The notes below the pieces were generated by a model. It had not been told where the DNA came from and ran no database searches. It saw only the letters and a program-made list of their open reading frames with translations. The position numbers were made by a program, and so were the translations under genes. A stretch of DNA of 62,956 nucleotides, the filler included, from Atractiella rhizophila (taxonomy: Eukaryota): the NCBI GenBank assembly GCA_021432655.1. It is 16 parts of 16 records of this genome, joined end to end, with 100 filler letters (N's around TTAATTAATTAA, not from the genome) between each part and the next. Parts side by side here need not be neighbours in the genome. Positions count along the whole stretch, not along the records: positions 12,730 to 16,813 come from MU272485.1; positions 16,914 to 20,941 come from MU272486.1; positions 21,042 to 25,068 come from MU272487.1; positions 25,169 to 29,189 come from MU272488.1; 12 more parts are not named here. One strand, written 5' to 3'. Positions 12,630-25,982 of this stretch are shown here, in pieces; positions within the stretch are counted from its first letter, which is position 1, and every line of letters begins with the position of its first letter.

Positions 12630-13332
12630 NNNNNNNNNNNNNNNNNNNNNNNNNNNNNNNNNNNNNNNNNNNNTTAATTAATTAANNNNNNNNNNNNNNN
12701 NNNNNNNNNNNNNNNNNNNNNNNNNNNNNTTTGGGGTCGGGTGGGTTTGAGCAGGTGGCATTTGGAGAACGCTGGCTACTAGGTGTCTGCCGCCCATTTA
12801 CAGAAGGAAGTCGAGGTCTACGAGTGAGCAGGAGAGGAAGAGAAAGATGAGCTCGCCAAAACGAAAGGAGGGGGAGAGGGAGAACGTGCCGAGAACTGTT
12901 CATGGAGCTCTGAATACCGATAAGGGTGATGGCCCTAAGTGTGAGTATCCTTCATTTTGCGAGGCTAGCGATGAGGGAGCAGTATCTTGGTTCTTGAAAC
13001 CTCATTGGAGCGTTTTTGACGTCAAATCAACCTGATTTTGTGCAATTTGCAGGGTGGAGAGAAGGCAAACCGCCGCCCATTTTGTTACTCACCGTTACAC
13101 TCCTGCTTGCCATTGAAGGTGATACGTGGCCCGGCCACCTCGGAGTCTTTCATTGCTCTATGAGTTCTAGATGAGCATTATGCGTTATCCTCGCTCTGCT
13201 TACAGCCACTCATTTATTACATTATTTTGCCACACCATTCATCTTCCTATCGCCTTATTGCTTCCCTCAAGTTTAGCAGTCTTGACATGTTGCCCACTTG
13301 TTTCATGCTAACTCTGCGTTTTCTTCCCGATA

Positions 13333-16300
13333 GCGACGGCGACCCTGAAGTCCCCGCACGTGTCCACAGCGGACACACCCCGACCAGGCTCTTCCCGCTC
13401 TTCCTCAATTTCGACCGCAGGGCTTCAAGAAACACCTTTGACTGCCTCTTCTAATTCGAGCGGAGCTTCTTTCTTTGCCCGCATCTTCTCGCCCTTTCAA
13501 CACCGCTACTCTGCTTCAGATCGTCCAAACATGGCAAGATCGCTTTCCTCTCCCCTCGTCGCTCGAGGGAGGAGAGCTACGGCGGGCGATGTGGCGGAAC
13601 TTGTCCGAAGTGAGACCACAGGAGAAGAGGGGGACACGCCGAAGGGAAGGAAAGAGAGGATGAAGAAGCGGTCTTCGTCTGCACTCAAGAAGCTTATTCA
13701 TTCCGATAATCCGCCGCCGTTACCTGTCGCTTCGGGTGCGTCGATAGCCAACTTGATGGGTGGAGCCGATGAGCAGGAAGGAGAGAAGTTGGAGACTGCA
13801 GAGAGCTCGAAGAAATCGATGAAGAGCTTTGGGAACAGAAGTCGGACGTCACTTCCAAGTGTGTCCATTACCCCCTCTTCTCCAACCTTCGATGCCACAG
13901 AAGGAAAGGAGGAGAAGGAGAGAGGGACGTTCTCTTCCATCCTGATCCCCTTGCGTCCGGCTTATATGCGCTCTCAAACTGAAGGAGTCGTTCCCACGCT
14001 AAAGAGCACGCAGCAGGTGGAGGAAGAGAATATATCGGCAGAGTCTCCTGGAAGGAGGAATCGTCCATTGTCATTCCATGGGACGAAATCAAAGCCGTTG
14101 CATGAAGAACCTGCTGTAGGAAACCACGATTCGGAGGCGAGGCAGAGCAGAATTATAGGGTCGAGGGAGATAGACCGCAACCAGACTATCACTGCGAGCA
14201 CATCGGCGAGAACCTTACTTTTGAAGAAGAAGAAACAGACGCCAATTCCCATTATCGCCAATCGCGCAAGTCGGAGTAGCATCGGGATAGCCGTCGATGA
14301 GGGTCTCTCAAGCCCGACACACACAATTCGCCCGGATGATGGGGTATCAGTGCGGAGTTTGGAAGGGCTGGTGAGCGCTTCTATGGGAGGAGCATTTGGG
14401 AGGGACACAACATTGGACGGGGAGGAAAAGGATCTCAACGCCTTCTTGACATACGTTATGCAGACGATCTTCTTTGAGCTCGTGCCGAAGGAACTCACTC
14501 TTCCACTCCGCTTCGACGATAATCGAGCAAGCACCTTATTCCCCCATCCGAGTATGCGAGATTCCAGCGATGAGCTGTACCAACAAACGGAGGAACCGCT
14601 CACCAACGAAATTGACGTAGGACCGAACAGTTCGCAATCGTTAAAGGACCGACAAATGTCTAATTCCTCTTCCACTCGGCCTTCGGCACTCACATCCCCC
14701 TTGTCGTACGAACTCCTCTCCGCCTCCTCTCTCAACCTTCCAACTACATCTGTTGCCGGCATGTGGCGCTTGACTTGTTGCCAGAATTGGCTTCATAACC
14801 AAACCTACAATGGCACGCCAGAGTTGCAAGAACAGGACGTTTTTGACTTGGGTACCGTAATTCAGAGTGTAGCTGACGTCGCGAACGTTCTGGCTGAAGG
14901 GAAAGGGGTCGAGATTGTGCTTTATCACGGGAGACGGATTCATCGGCCTGGCACAGCAGATAGTGGGGGAAGTGGTCCTGGTGAAGACGCAGAGGATGGG
15001 ATCGACGATGTCATCGGTCAGGTCATTGTGAAGGGCGACGAGAAAGGATTCAGCCTTGTTCTCCTTAACACCCTCAAACAGATCCTAGCCATTGCAGAGC
15101 CAGGATGTGCTATCGAGATTGGACTTAAAGTTTCACACGTTCTCGCAGGCGTGATCACGTCTCCTAACCCACCCCCTCGCTCTCTTCGACCTATGGAGAC
15201 GGCTGCTTCTCCTACGTCTTCTTCCTTTAGCTCATCAACCGCAACCATCCGTTGTATCGTTGATTTTTACCTCGTGCCTCCCTTCGGTTCTCGGACGCAC
15301 CAAACTCCCGACACTCCTTTCGTTCCTCCCATTGACTTTAGTTCTGGGCTAATGGGTGTGATGTTGAAGTATTTGGGATTGAGTGTTAACGCATATCGCG
15401 ATGCGGACAGACTACAATGGAGGCTAACGGGCAAGATTGCGAGAGGAGGCAGTTCAGTGAAGGAAGAAGGAGCGGAGGAGATGAAGGAGGCTGGGCTAGA
15501 AGAAGGCAAGGAACCGACCATTCTCGAACTGATCGCTTTCGCAAACTCAACTATCAGAGGAAGGAGAGTCATCGTCCATGCAAGCGAGTTATCCGACTTT
15601 GCGAAGCACCTCACGACGTATCTTGCTAGTTGGGGAACTGATATTACGTTTGTACCCATCGTTTCGAAGTCGACGGGGACGCCCGGAGTTGACGTAGATA
15701 ATCCTCCAAACAGCGCCAGTTCTGGCAAAGCGAGCTTGCAGCCTGGTTCAGAACCTGTCACACCTATCCTCTCTCGTCCTGCCCCTAACGAGCCTAAACA
15801 GGCTGCGGAGAAGGATGCTGCCTTCATCATCATAGATGACGACACCGAGACTCTGACCCAGCAAATACAGCTCTTGAAGAATATGCATCTCCAGCTTCGG
15901 ATGCAAAATAACACTCTGGCGAATAAGCGGACTTCGGCATTAGCCGGACAGACTGGCAGGAAGAAGGAGAAAGCACCTGCTCCCATCAGCGAGCCCAAGA
16001 CTATGCCAGCTATCGTTTACTTCACGAGCTTAGGTCAATATCGCAGGATCAAGGAAATAATCCAAACCATTCTGGCCACTTCCAATGCTCTTTTCCCCCT
16101 CCCTCAGGTTATCGTCGTCCCAAAACCTGTAGGACCTCGGCGTCTTCTCACCGCTTTTCACACTGCTGTCAAGCGACCGAAAGTCGATCCCTACCTTGCT
16201 CCCATCGCTACGTCTCCTTCCAGCCCTGGCGGCCACTACTTCTCCAGTGGCGGCGCAAAACTCAGTCCTGCAACTCAAGGAACGGATTTCGACACTGCCG

Positions 16301-16813
16301 CTGGAGCAGCTTTACAAACTCAAGGCCTGACGCCTCCAACAGGTGGACTCCGAACTCCAGGTGGGACACTCATCGCAACAGGCAAACCTCATTCCCCACT
16401 TTCACAAGACCAACTGGAATACTTTAGTCGTACTACCTCAGATAATTCACCAAGCGAAGGTCTCGTAATACACAGTCCTGATGGACGAGCCGCCGGTCTT
16501 TTCTTCCAACCAGCAGGGTCATCGCAACCTATGGAACGAACCGCTGACGGCGCCAGAGGAGATGCACAGGCTACTACGCCTTTATTACTCGGTTTGGCAT
16601 CCCCAGCGATTAGCCTGCCAAGTCAGATAGGACTTGGTTCCCATCAGAGAGGTTCTGGTTCTGGTTCTCGTGAGTTGAACGGGAGTCCGCATTCTGATCC
16701 TACTACCTCTCCTCGAGCCCAGCGATTGGAGTCCTACGCAATTGGGGCGACTCTCGTTCCCTCACCTCATGAACTTCCTCCTCCATTTGGGACCGTCGAT
16801 TCCCCACTTGCTA
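13333..16813 (+). CDS. SSK1: Two-component response regulator of the Ssk1/Mcs4 family (long basidiomycete type); C-terminal receiver domain cut by the contig end; start uncertain
   Basis: A single open exon of about 1150 aa contains FDLGTVIQSVAD...GVEIVLYHG, VKGDEKG, EPTILELIAFA, FAKHLTTYLASWG, FIIIDDD and VVPKPVGPRRLLTAFHTAV...PIATSPSSPGG. These blocks are characteristic of fungal Ssk1 N-terminal and pseudo-receiver regions. Confidence 0.8.
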
Positions 16814-16913
16814 NNNNNNNNNNNNNNNNNNNNNNNNNNNNNNNNNNNNNNNNNNNNTTAATTAATTAANNNNNNNNNNNNNNNNNNNNNNNNNNNNNNN
16901 NNNNNNNNNNNNN

Positions 16914-18061
16914 TCGAAAGCTCCGTCCTGTTCCCAGTCTTCTAAATCGATTTGCAGTTCGATCTTTGCACCCTATTAGCGGCTTGGAATATAGAGGAGA
17001 GATTTTTGACTGACATCTAACTTGATGGCACGTACGACAACCATCTCTGTCACAGTCTCCTCGATCCCACCGCAATACTCGAGAAGCTTGAGTAGATTCT
17101 CGACGTACACCACCTGCTCATCTCGCTTCGACCGCTTGCCTGGGAAGGATTTTTCGAGGTAGGGAACGATGGCAGTTGATATTGTAGGTATGAGATCGAT
17201 GAGGTGTCGAAGGAGGTAGTGCACTCTCATAGAGTGAAGAGCACGCGAGGGTTTCGGAGCGGACTCTTGTTCTTCCAAAGAGAGTTGATTTGGTGCTGTC
17301 CGGAGTGACTTGAATGCGTCTACATGACCCTCTCAGCATGTCGAAACACGAAGGGATAAGCAGCGAACCATAACGGAAACCATTGACGCTCTTCTCGAGT
17401 ACCTTGCTCACCCACAACGTGCTCTTCGCGCTGCATAGTGCTCCCACACACCTGACGTACGCTCCAGGTATCCCACGCAATTTCTTAGGTATTTCCTTCT
17501 CCTCAAGCTCTTCCACATCCATGATCGTCCATGGCAAGTCCAAGATAGCAGCTACGAGGTCTTCGTGAGATCGATCCAGCTGCGAAGCAACGTGTGGGAG
17601 GACTTGAAGGTATGAAAGGAGAGTCTTTTGCGTGGGCAGCTGTTTAGACAGTTTGGATTTTGAGGATGAAGGGTTGAAAGGGGTGGAAAAGGATCGTAAA
17701 TCTGCTACGAACTCTCGATACCTCTCTTGCTTTCCCTACAGGCAATACATTCGCCACCTTACACCACAAAAGATAATGCGAGGACACGCACCTGCTTCTT
17801 ATCCGCCAACGCACTGTCCAAAAAAGCGAGCAACAGTCCCCTCTCCATCCCCTTCCCCGGCGCCTCTTTCTCACCCAAACTACTCGACGAATCCTTCCTC
17901 AGTATCCCCTGCAGCTTTTTCTCAGGCTTGACCAATCCATCCAAAGAAGCTAGCGAGCTGGAAAGAGCTCGTTTTGGCGCGGCTTGAGCTGTGGGCGAGG
18001 AGATGCTGGATTCGTGAAGGGACCGCTTCTTACCGCGTGGCTTTGACTGGGAGGAAGACAT
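16914..18061 (-). CDS. RRN3: RNA polymerase I transcription initiation factor Rrn3 (TIF-IA), 5' part, multi-exon
   Basis: Spliced blocks LSYLQVLPHVASQLDRSHEDLVAAILDLPW, YVRCVGALCSAKS and RVHYLLRHLIDLIPTISTAIVPYLEKSFPGKRSKRDEQVVYVENLLKLLEYC...RAIKLDV match the Rrn3 N-terminal HEAT-like region. Confidence 0.88.
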
Positions 18062-18296
18062 CCTGACGTTGGGTGAGGCTAGGGAGCGTGCGTTTGAGCC
18101 AGCGTTTGAGCTTTGGGCAGAAGTCAGAACTTGACTGGATCGGTGGCAATTTTTCTGGCACCACGTGACGTGATACGACTCAATCTCCGAGACATACAAC
18201 ACAGGAGAAATGAAATGTAACAAAACCTCAGTAAATCGTACAATTTCAACCGGGAAAGTGGGTAAAAAATATGGCACATCGGAACAAAAGACAAAG

Positions 18297-18391
18297 TGCT
18301 CCGGGAGGGGTTCGAACCCTCGATCCTCGCGTAGAGAAATATATTTGTGGATATATAAGCACGAAGCATTAACCAGCTATGCTACCGGGGC
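18297..18391 (-). tRNA. tRNA-Ile(UAU) with a 21-nt intron
   Basis: The minus strand reads GCCCCGG TA GCAT AGCTGGTTA ATGC T TCGTG CT TAT A [intron 18333-18353] A CGCGA GGATC GAGGG TTCGAAC CCCTC CCGGAGC A. All four stems form, the intron is at the canonical position after nt 37, and oligo-T runs follow downstream. Confidence 0.95.
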
Positions 18392-19018
18392 TCAGACACT
18401 CGGTTTCCAGGCTTATCTTTGCTCAATAGGCCACCGCCAGAAAGAAGCGATAAAGAAATGCGATGCATTAATGAAACATGTGAGCGGTTTTAACTAAGGT
18501 AGGAATGTTGCGACGGCTCCATCCTCAACCATTTCGACCAGCTCACGCACTCTGAACAGAGCATCCCTTTGAGACTTGGCTACTTGAGTCCCTGGAGATT
18601 TGGGCTGGTTGTACCATTTTCAGCTCTTCCAAGGTGGGTCTCCGATGCTCCAACTCCAGCTCTAACTCTCAAGTTCTCTTTCTGCAAGTTTCTCGCTGAC
18701 GATCCATCCGCAGACGATTCATAAGGCTTACCTTCTCGACAGTGCTCCCAGCTGGCCCTTTGGTTGATATTTCAGCAGTCGCTCATTTGTTTCCATTTCG
18801 GGGTTCGAAGTTGTGATTGTTGCCCTTCGCTTCTTTTGTTTCGAGGCGTGAAAACAGATTCGGTCTAGCTGCCAATTCCAGGTCGAAGATGTCTCGCTCG
18901 CTCATCACTTTTTCTACTTCTTCAAGCTGACCCAAAAGAGCCACCACTATCGTCCACCAACTTCTTTCCACTCTGCCAACCATTCAACTCTACAATCGAG
19001 CGAAAGAGAGCACATCAG

Positions 19019-20941
19019 ATGGATCCGAACGATGCTGAGCGCTACTACACCCCTCAATCCACTCTCCGCTCTGCAGCTTCAACTTCAGCATCAACAAGCA
19101 ATCAACCACACGCACAAGACTATTTCGCTCTCGGCTTTCAAAACCCCAACACCTCCTCATCGTCCCAACAATCCTCCTCCGGCATTCAAGAGCCGGCAGC
19201 TTCCTCCTCCGGCTCCTCCACTTCAAAAGCAGACGCCACCGTCAACACCTCAACGTCACCGTCCACAGCAGGCACCATCCGCCCTCCTTCCTGGCCACTC
19301 GTCTCTCCTCCCACCTCGCCGCTTGCACAGGGTTCCACCACGCGGCCGAGGAGCACGCCGATAGTTCTAACTGGCGCTTTGTCCGCCGCTGTCGGAGGAG
19401 CAGAGGGACGACGGATGAGTGAAGAGGAAGAGGAACTCTATTACGGTTATCTGTCTGCACGGCCATCCGAGGACGCAGAAGCGTCCCGAAGACAGTCGTA
19501 CCAAACTACGATCTCCGCTTCTTCTCAGCTACCGCAGGTCTCAAATCAGTTGTTGTCAAGGTTTAGCTCGAATACGAGTGCAGCGGTAGGAGGAGAGAGG
19601 AGCAGTCGCGAACTTGACGGAGACGACGATGAGGAACCTACAGTACCTTCCATTCCGAGGCAGTATCGATTTTCCAGCTTTACCCCGGAGGATGACAATG
19701 CCGGAGGTGGTAGGAGAGATGACGATATTGAGGTAGAGGAAACGGCAAGGTTACCGCGTCAGACCCTCAGCGGTGATACTCGTCGGTCCTCCCTGCCTCC
19801 AGGTGCAGATCCACCGAGAGTAGGATTCATGGAGAGGGAGGGACGGAGGGACACAGTCTTGAAGGACTTAGATAAGGAAGAGAGGGATTGGGCCCGCGAG
19901 AGGGAGGCGACGGAGGTGGAGGAGACGAGGTTCCGGGATCGCGGACTTGTGATATCGCGAACCGAGTTTTCAGGGAGTGGGTGGCGCATAGCTTATGTAT
20001 GCTTTCCTCATTCTTTCTACCCTGAGAGTGGATCTGATCCGGAGTAGTATTTTTATACTGCAGCTTTCTTCGCACCAATACCTCTTACGATCTTCTTCGA
20101 TTTCAACGTTCTCTATTCCCTCGTTCAAATCGCAATCCACCCCACCTCCATCGTTACCTCCACGTCCTCTTCCCGTCCAAGTCGCGGCTGGTACCTCTGC
20201 ATCGGTGTCTATGCCCTCTGCTTCTTACTCTGGCTCTCCCTCGTCATTATCTACGAGTACCTCGTCCTCTACCGTCGTACATGGAAGAGCAATGGAGGTC
20301 ATCCAACCATCCTCTCCGTATACTTATCGGCCCCAACGTACAGATGGACATGTATCCGCTCCTTTCACTATTTCTCCTTCCTTACCCGTTTACGCTTGTC
20401 AGTCCTCCCCGGATTCGCCTTTGCTTCTGTTCGCCGAGGCGACTCGAGGGATGGGACGTGGACCATAGCCCTGCGGGAAGAGGCAGGGTTTTGGGTACAA
20501 AGTACGTCTTTCTTCCTCATGACGACTTCTCTGCAAGTTTATATGAACGTGTATCGGTAGATTGGCCTATTGTCATCACCCTCTTGCCGCGGATAGGAAT
20601 CGCGACTGGCGTTCTCCTCGTCTTCGCGCCGAGCGATTTGGCACATGAAGCAGGAGGAGAAGACCGCAGTGACAGGGATGCTACCTTCTTTGGACCCACT
20701 GGTGATTTGACTCCTTATGCTGCAATCACGATCCTAGCGTGAGTTCTCCCTTTATCCATCGGTTTGATCATCGGCTGACCGAGAAACAGGTATGTGTCCT
20801 GGGGAGCAGTTCGCGTCCTAGTCGTCCTAATTTCCGCTATCCTTCTCGCCGTCCTCCCCAAGACGTCTACCCTCTCCTCCCGTCTGCGAAACATCATCCT
20901 CTTCTGCTCTACTACCAGCACCTCGACATCCAAACCCACCT
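19019..20941 (+). CDS. Hypothetical multi-pass membrane protein with a long S/T/E/R-rich disordered N-terminus; cut by the contig end
   Basis: A long first exon is followed by short GT-AG introns that join hydrophobic exons (YFYTAAFFAPIPLTIFFDFNVLYSLVQI, WYLCIGVYALCFLLWLSLVIIYEY, WPIVITLLPRIGIATGVLLVF, RDATFF). Confidence 0.7.
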
Positions 20942-22936
20942 NNNNNNNNNNNNNNNNNNNNNNNNNNNNNNNNNNNNNNNNNNNNTTAATTAATTAANNN
21001 NNNNNNNNNNNNNNNNNNNNNNNNNNNNNNNNNNNNNNNNNTCCCACTGAGACATGCCGTGCGACACAGCGTGATTTGAACATAAAGGAAGAGATGAGGG
21101 ATGAAAAGTGAAGATGACCTTCTCCAGGTTTAATACCGAACAAAACAATAATTTTCATCGACTTTGATTCACAATTTTGAGGAATTTTTTCCAGTTTACT
21201 TCAGTCTCCTTCTTCATTCCATCTCAACACAGTACAATCATTTACTTTCCTCCATCCCAAGAGTTCAAACGAGAGAGATATCGGGCATATTTTCGAGCTG
21301 AAATGGACTCCGTCCACATTGGTTTAGCGGTGATTCATCAGTACCTTATCGTTCTTTATTTGGCAACAGTTTCTCATTGGCTTCTCATATCTCTTTTCTT
21401 CTACTGGCTTCTTCTCTTCCTACGATGATACCCTGTGTCTGATTTCACGTCCCCATACCTATCTAAATACGAATCCTCGGTTCAAACCAACTCATCAGCA
21501 TCGTTAAGCGACGACTATTTCTGAGGATAAAACAGAACAAGCAGAAGCGAGATGTGATGCGCCGGGAAGTAATTTTGGAGCGGAAGCCAAACCTATGATG
21601 ATATTGCGTTCTCATCAACGAAACCAGCGGTTTGCTGCTGTGTCATTATTAAAACTGAACAACTTGAACATCACTGCAGACCTGCAGAGATGGTTTAGGA
21701 TTGCCGAGTTGACTTCGAGCATTCTCCTTATTCGCAGCAGTAGGTGAAAGCTTGAACTTCAGATTCAGGTGAGCAACCCATTCAGGTTCGATATCCTCTC
21801 TTCAGCAATTTCAAACATTAAAGATTTGTTGTCATCCGTGCCGAAAGCCAGCACGGTTGACAGAAGAAGGCTCCCCGAGCCTTAATACCTTTCGCACGTA
21901 CTCCTTGGAATTGCCCTCCTGCTTCATTACGCATGAGTAGTTGAATGATCATGATCTAAGCGATGTAGTAGAAAAGCCCTGTGAGAGTACATCGGATCCA
22001 CACTTGTTGCTTGTTATCGTGGGGCATGTTTTTTGATGTGAACCAATCCCAGTCGTTGTCACACCTTCAGTTGAGAGGTTGAAACAACACTTCGCTTCGA
22101 TTTCTCTCTGGAGTTAGCTTCGTACTCAAACAGCCGTCATTCTTGGTGTCGTGAAACTTGAAGCTTGAGTCTTGAGGGCTGACGGGGTTAAATGTCAGGA
22201 TACCTTTGACTTTGATCAGCCTCCGATTGAAGATTCAGTAAAAAGAGGTGTTCAAGGTATCCTTCTGCTAGTTTTCTCCTGTTAACGTCATTTTGAACTT
22301 CCCTGAGAACGATCACGGCAACAAATCCGATCACTTTTCCTTTCTGATCTTGTTGGACTGATGCTGTGGCTCTATCCTCGTTTTTACCATAATAATCGTA
22401 TGATACAGGGATGATGCATTCGCGCTTGATGTAAAGGCGTATTGATGCCTTCAAGAACCTTCACACTTTCGAAAGCTATTTGTCGCTTTGCATGCCAAGC
22501 GTCGGCTACTCCTCTTTATGGATTTCGCTCCACTTTAGAACTTGTTCTGCTATCGTCAGTGGTAAGCGTGAAGAGAACTCGATCAGGCTAGATACGTTTG
22601 TCCACGCACTTGCGAGGGTCTGCCGGCGGAGACTGCAGATTCTGGATTGGAACTTGGAGGCTCGAGATGATCTTGCCGGCTGATCGAAGAACGAACAATT
22701 GGAAAACTCTAGTCGTAGCGCGGTGGAGAGCACGTATAACGAAAGTGGTTTGAGGATCAGGGGAAGGAGATGGGGTCAAATTTCAGGCTGCATATCAAGG
22801 GAAGCAAGTAGCAAGACGGCTTGACATCCCTCTGCATCTTTTGACTGTCTGATTCTTGTGTCTAGTAATGAGCCTCTCTGATCATCTTGCGCCTTCTTCA
22901 AGCGTTGGACCTACTTTGTCTAACCATTTCACACCC

Positions 22937-24445
22937 ATGAGCGAAGAGGATGAAACAGGCTTCCCTAACTTCCGTTTACCCCTACAAGCTGTAAGATCCC
23001 TTTTCTCAGCTTCAGCATGGTCTCAGAATGATTGAATAACAGAGCAACCGTCTTCTAGCTTACCTGCTGGGTGGATTCACTTCTTGCATCCTTTTCGGAG
23101 TCATCTTGGCCATCGCGAGTCGCTATTTAGGCTTAACCAAAGGCTTTTGCAAGATGAAGGCTTTGGTGATTCTTGTCGTTACATGCGAGATCTTGCTGAA
23201 TGTAACGAATATTGTTAGGGTAATGGTCCTTTGCTGCCGTTGAACAGAAGTTGACGTCCACATAGTTATGCCTCTTGCTCGCTGTCCATTGGGGCGATTT
23301 CCGCTACCTTTTAGATCCAAGTGACCTGCATGCTATGAACACTATTACCGGTGTCATGGCTGTCTTGTTGCAAGTCCAATGTCACTTCTTTCTTTGGTAT
23401 CGTTCGTGTTCTCGCTCCTGTGTGGTTGAAGTAATGCTGAAATGTAAACAGGTGCTTGGCAAATCAGCAAAGTTGTAAAATGGCGACAGACGTGGATCAA
23501 TTTTGTTCTCTGGTTGACGCTCTCTTGTGTCTTTATCAACATCTCGTTTGGTTTCGCCGAAGCTTTTTTGGCAATCACTACACTCGGAGCTTTTCACTCT
23601 TCAGAAAATTATCAACGCTGCCTGACGATTTGGATATCCCTATCTTTTGTCATCGATTTCAGCTTGGCGGCCTTCCTCGTCGCCGAACTTCGACACACCA
23701 AAAAATATCTACTTTCCTCCTCCGTCGGCACTCGAAAGCTCATTAACAACATCATCCTGTTCACCGTCTGCAGCGGCACTCTAATTCTTACGACTCAGGC
23801 TGTGGTCGTAATTCTGGTCATCTGGGACGGATTTCGCGGATCCATCGATTCAACCTGGACGCTGTTCGCATTAACAATCCTTCCATCAGTCTACTGTTAT
23901 TCGTTCCTCATAATCCTACTCAGTTCGCAACAGGTTGAACAGGAGTCTGCCACCGCAGACATTTCCGCACGGCCCACAGGACGAGGTCCAACCCATGCGA
24001 CTGATCGAGGAGAATCAAGCGTCTTAGGATCGGGGTCTGTCTCATGGCGGTCTCCCTGCGAAAGGTTACACATATCCGAATTTGAGCATGTTTCGCAAGG
24101 CCGAGAATCTCCTTCATGCAACTTCGGGTTGGGGAAAGGAATCTCAAAGTATATTAAAACGGATAAAGGTTTGTTCCTCCCCATTTTCTTTGCCAATCCT
24201 CATTTCAGCACAGTTGGTGAAGCGTCCCGCTCGTCGCGGGAGAAGCGACATGAAGCAGCGATGTCACTAGGTTCAATAGGACGCGACATTGGAGCATTGT
24301 CACCACATAATACTGTTGTCTCTGTAGAATTACACAGGAGTGTGGTACGTTTCCTTCGTCATCGCTTGCATTCTTGTTCCCTCGACGTTGAACGTGGATA
24401 CAGGAGAGTAACTCAACGTTCAAGGGGGACAAAGATCCATTATAA
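22937..24445 (+). CDS. DUF6534-type fungal multi-pass membrane protein
   Basis: Spliced: LLGGFTSCILFGVI...VHWGDFRYL...VQCHFFLWYRAWQIS...IWISLSFVIDFSLAAFLVAEL...TRKLINNIILFTVCSGTL...LPSVYCYSFLIILLS, followed by a polar tail. This is the usual pattern of this basidiomycete-expanded family. Confidence 0.72.
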
Positions 24446-25168
24446 CAATGATGTGCATCTAAATTCGTATGTTTTCTGCCTTCATCAGTATTATATTAAT
24501 GCAATGAGTGATGAACAATGAAACTAATTTATATCTTGTAAAATCCCCGCATGCTCTTACCAAGCGAAATAAAATGAAGCACAAGCAGCGTAGACAAAAC
24601 ATTGACTTGGATGACTAGGTACACTCTAACAGGCAAGGAGGGATGTTCACAGTATGATCGCTTCTTATCGTAATATCTACTAGCTACTGATGGGATTATA
24701 CCGGCTATCGGGTGACCAATCTTCACACCGGAACGATTTCAAGGTGACAGCCAATAACAATGCTTATTTCCCTCCTAAAAATCTTATCAACTACATATCG
24801 TATCATAGTAGCTCCTCGAAGTTGTACTGGCTCAAAGCAGATGTACCCATCCTACTATCTACCAGCTCTCATTTCCCGTAGGATAAAGCGTGATAGCGAA
24901 AGAACGGACAGTCGTTATCTAACGATCCATCTTCCGGCAAATATGAATACCGTTCTTCTGTCTTCTCTCTGGGAGCGAGGAAGAACGGGACGAGAGCCGG
25001 TGTCACCAAGTCTCAGAGTTCAGAAACATAAAAGGTTGGTCACAGAGCCCATTTGATCTGTATCATTANNNNNNNNNNNNNNNNNNNNNNNNNNNNNNNN
25101 NNNNNNNNNNNNTTAATTAATTAANNNNNNNNNNNNNNNNNNNNNNNNNNNNNNNNNNNNNNNNNNNN

Positions 25169-25720
25169 CAGTCAGTCTCGAGGGTATGTCCTTGTATATG
25201 ATACCACTTCAAGTTACAAAGCTTTCCCCATAGCATCTGGCCGCGACCTTTTTGATGATCTCGAGGAAGCTTCCTCACCAGCTCTCCGTCGCAAACTACT
25301 CTCCACAGCGTCTTCCTCTGTCCTTCAAGCCACATACGAGGTTGTTCGGGAGCGAGTGTTGTCTGAGCAACAGACGTTGAAGGGAAGGGTGGAAAAGGAG
25401 CTGGAGGTTTGTGTTCGCTCCTTTCTCCATTTGAAGCTGCACTCAGTGAGCATGTCTAGAAATCCTGTCCTGCCAGGCGATCACTGTTATGCCGTAATAT
25501 TGTTGTGAAGGATTATCAGACATCATGCCGTCCTGATGAACCCCGAGTGGCATCTCTCACAGTTCGCGATCCGAAGATCTTGGTGGATGGCGGTTTGAAA
25601 GAAGGTGCAAGGTTCATTATTACCAACTTGTTGCCAGGGAGGAAAAAGTGGGATCTGGGGTCTGGAGAGATCACTTTATTGACCAGCCAAAACACTTCCT
25701 GGAAAGACATGCCAGTTTAA
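25169..25720 (+). CDS. BRH2: C-terminal end (tower plus OB fold) of a Brh2/BRCA2 homolog, 5'-truncated
   Basis: LFDDLEEASSP...GRVEKELE|KSCPARRSLLCRNIVVKDYQ...ASLTVRDPKILVDGGLKEGARFIITNLLP...EITLLTSQNTSW resembles the basidiomycete Brh2 C-terminus (CPPR.V...V.D...A.LTVWD...EG.R..VTNL.P...I.L.T...S.W). Confidence 0.65.
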
Positions 25721-25982
25721 TAGGCTATTGTATTCAACTCTGTGTGGTGATCTTGCTTCACGAATTCAACTTGAATGTATGATTTAAATGTGCCATGTTG
25801 TCTCAGTGTAGCTGAAAGAAACATATAGAATGACTATTAGACCTGAATGCGCCAGCAACTAAGTAACGAGTAATTGTACAAACAAACCAACGACCGAACA
25901 AACGAACTCCAAGAATTGCGTTTTCTCTAATCTTCCTCCTTCTCTTCACCAGTCGATTCACCCAAACTATCGCTGGCATCCG

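Noticed and set aside
13698..16278. Long antisense ORFs (262 aa, 243 aa and others) opposite SSK1, and similar shadows opposite other genes
   Set aside because: They are in-register shadows of a long sense exon with no independent motifs.
1..16813. SSK2 and SSK1 (same HOG pathway) within about 11 kb, suggesting a pathway gene cluster
   Set aside because: They are on different contigs separated by three artificial linkers in a length-sorted concatenation, so the proximity is coincidental.
21042..22900. Scattered short ORFs and a possible 54-aa spliced peptide starting near 21303
   Set aside because: I found no coherent exon chain or recognisable domain. The single intron candidate has a weak donor and no clear branch site.
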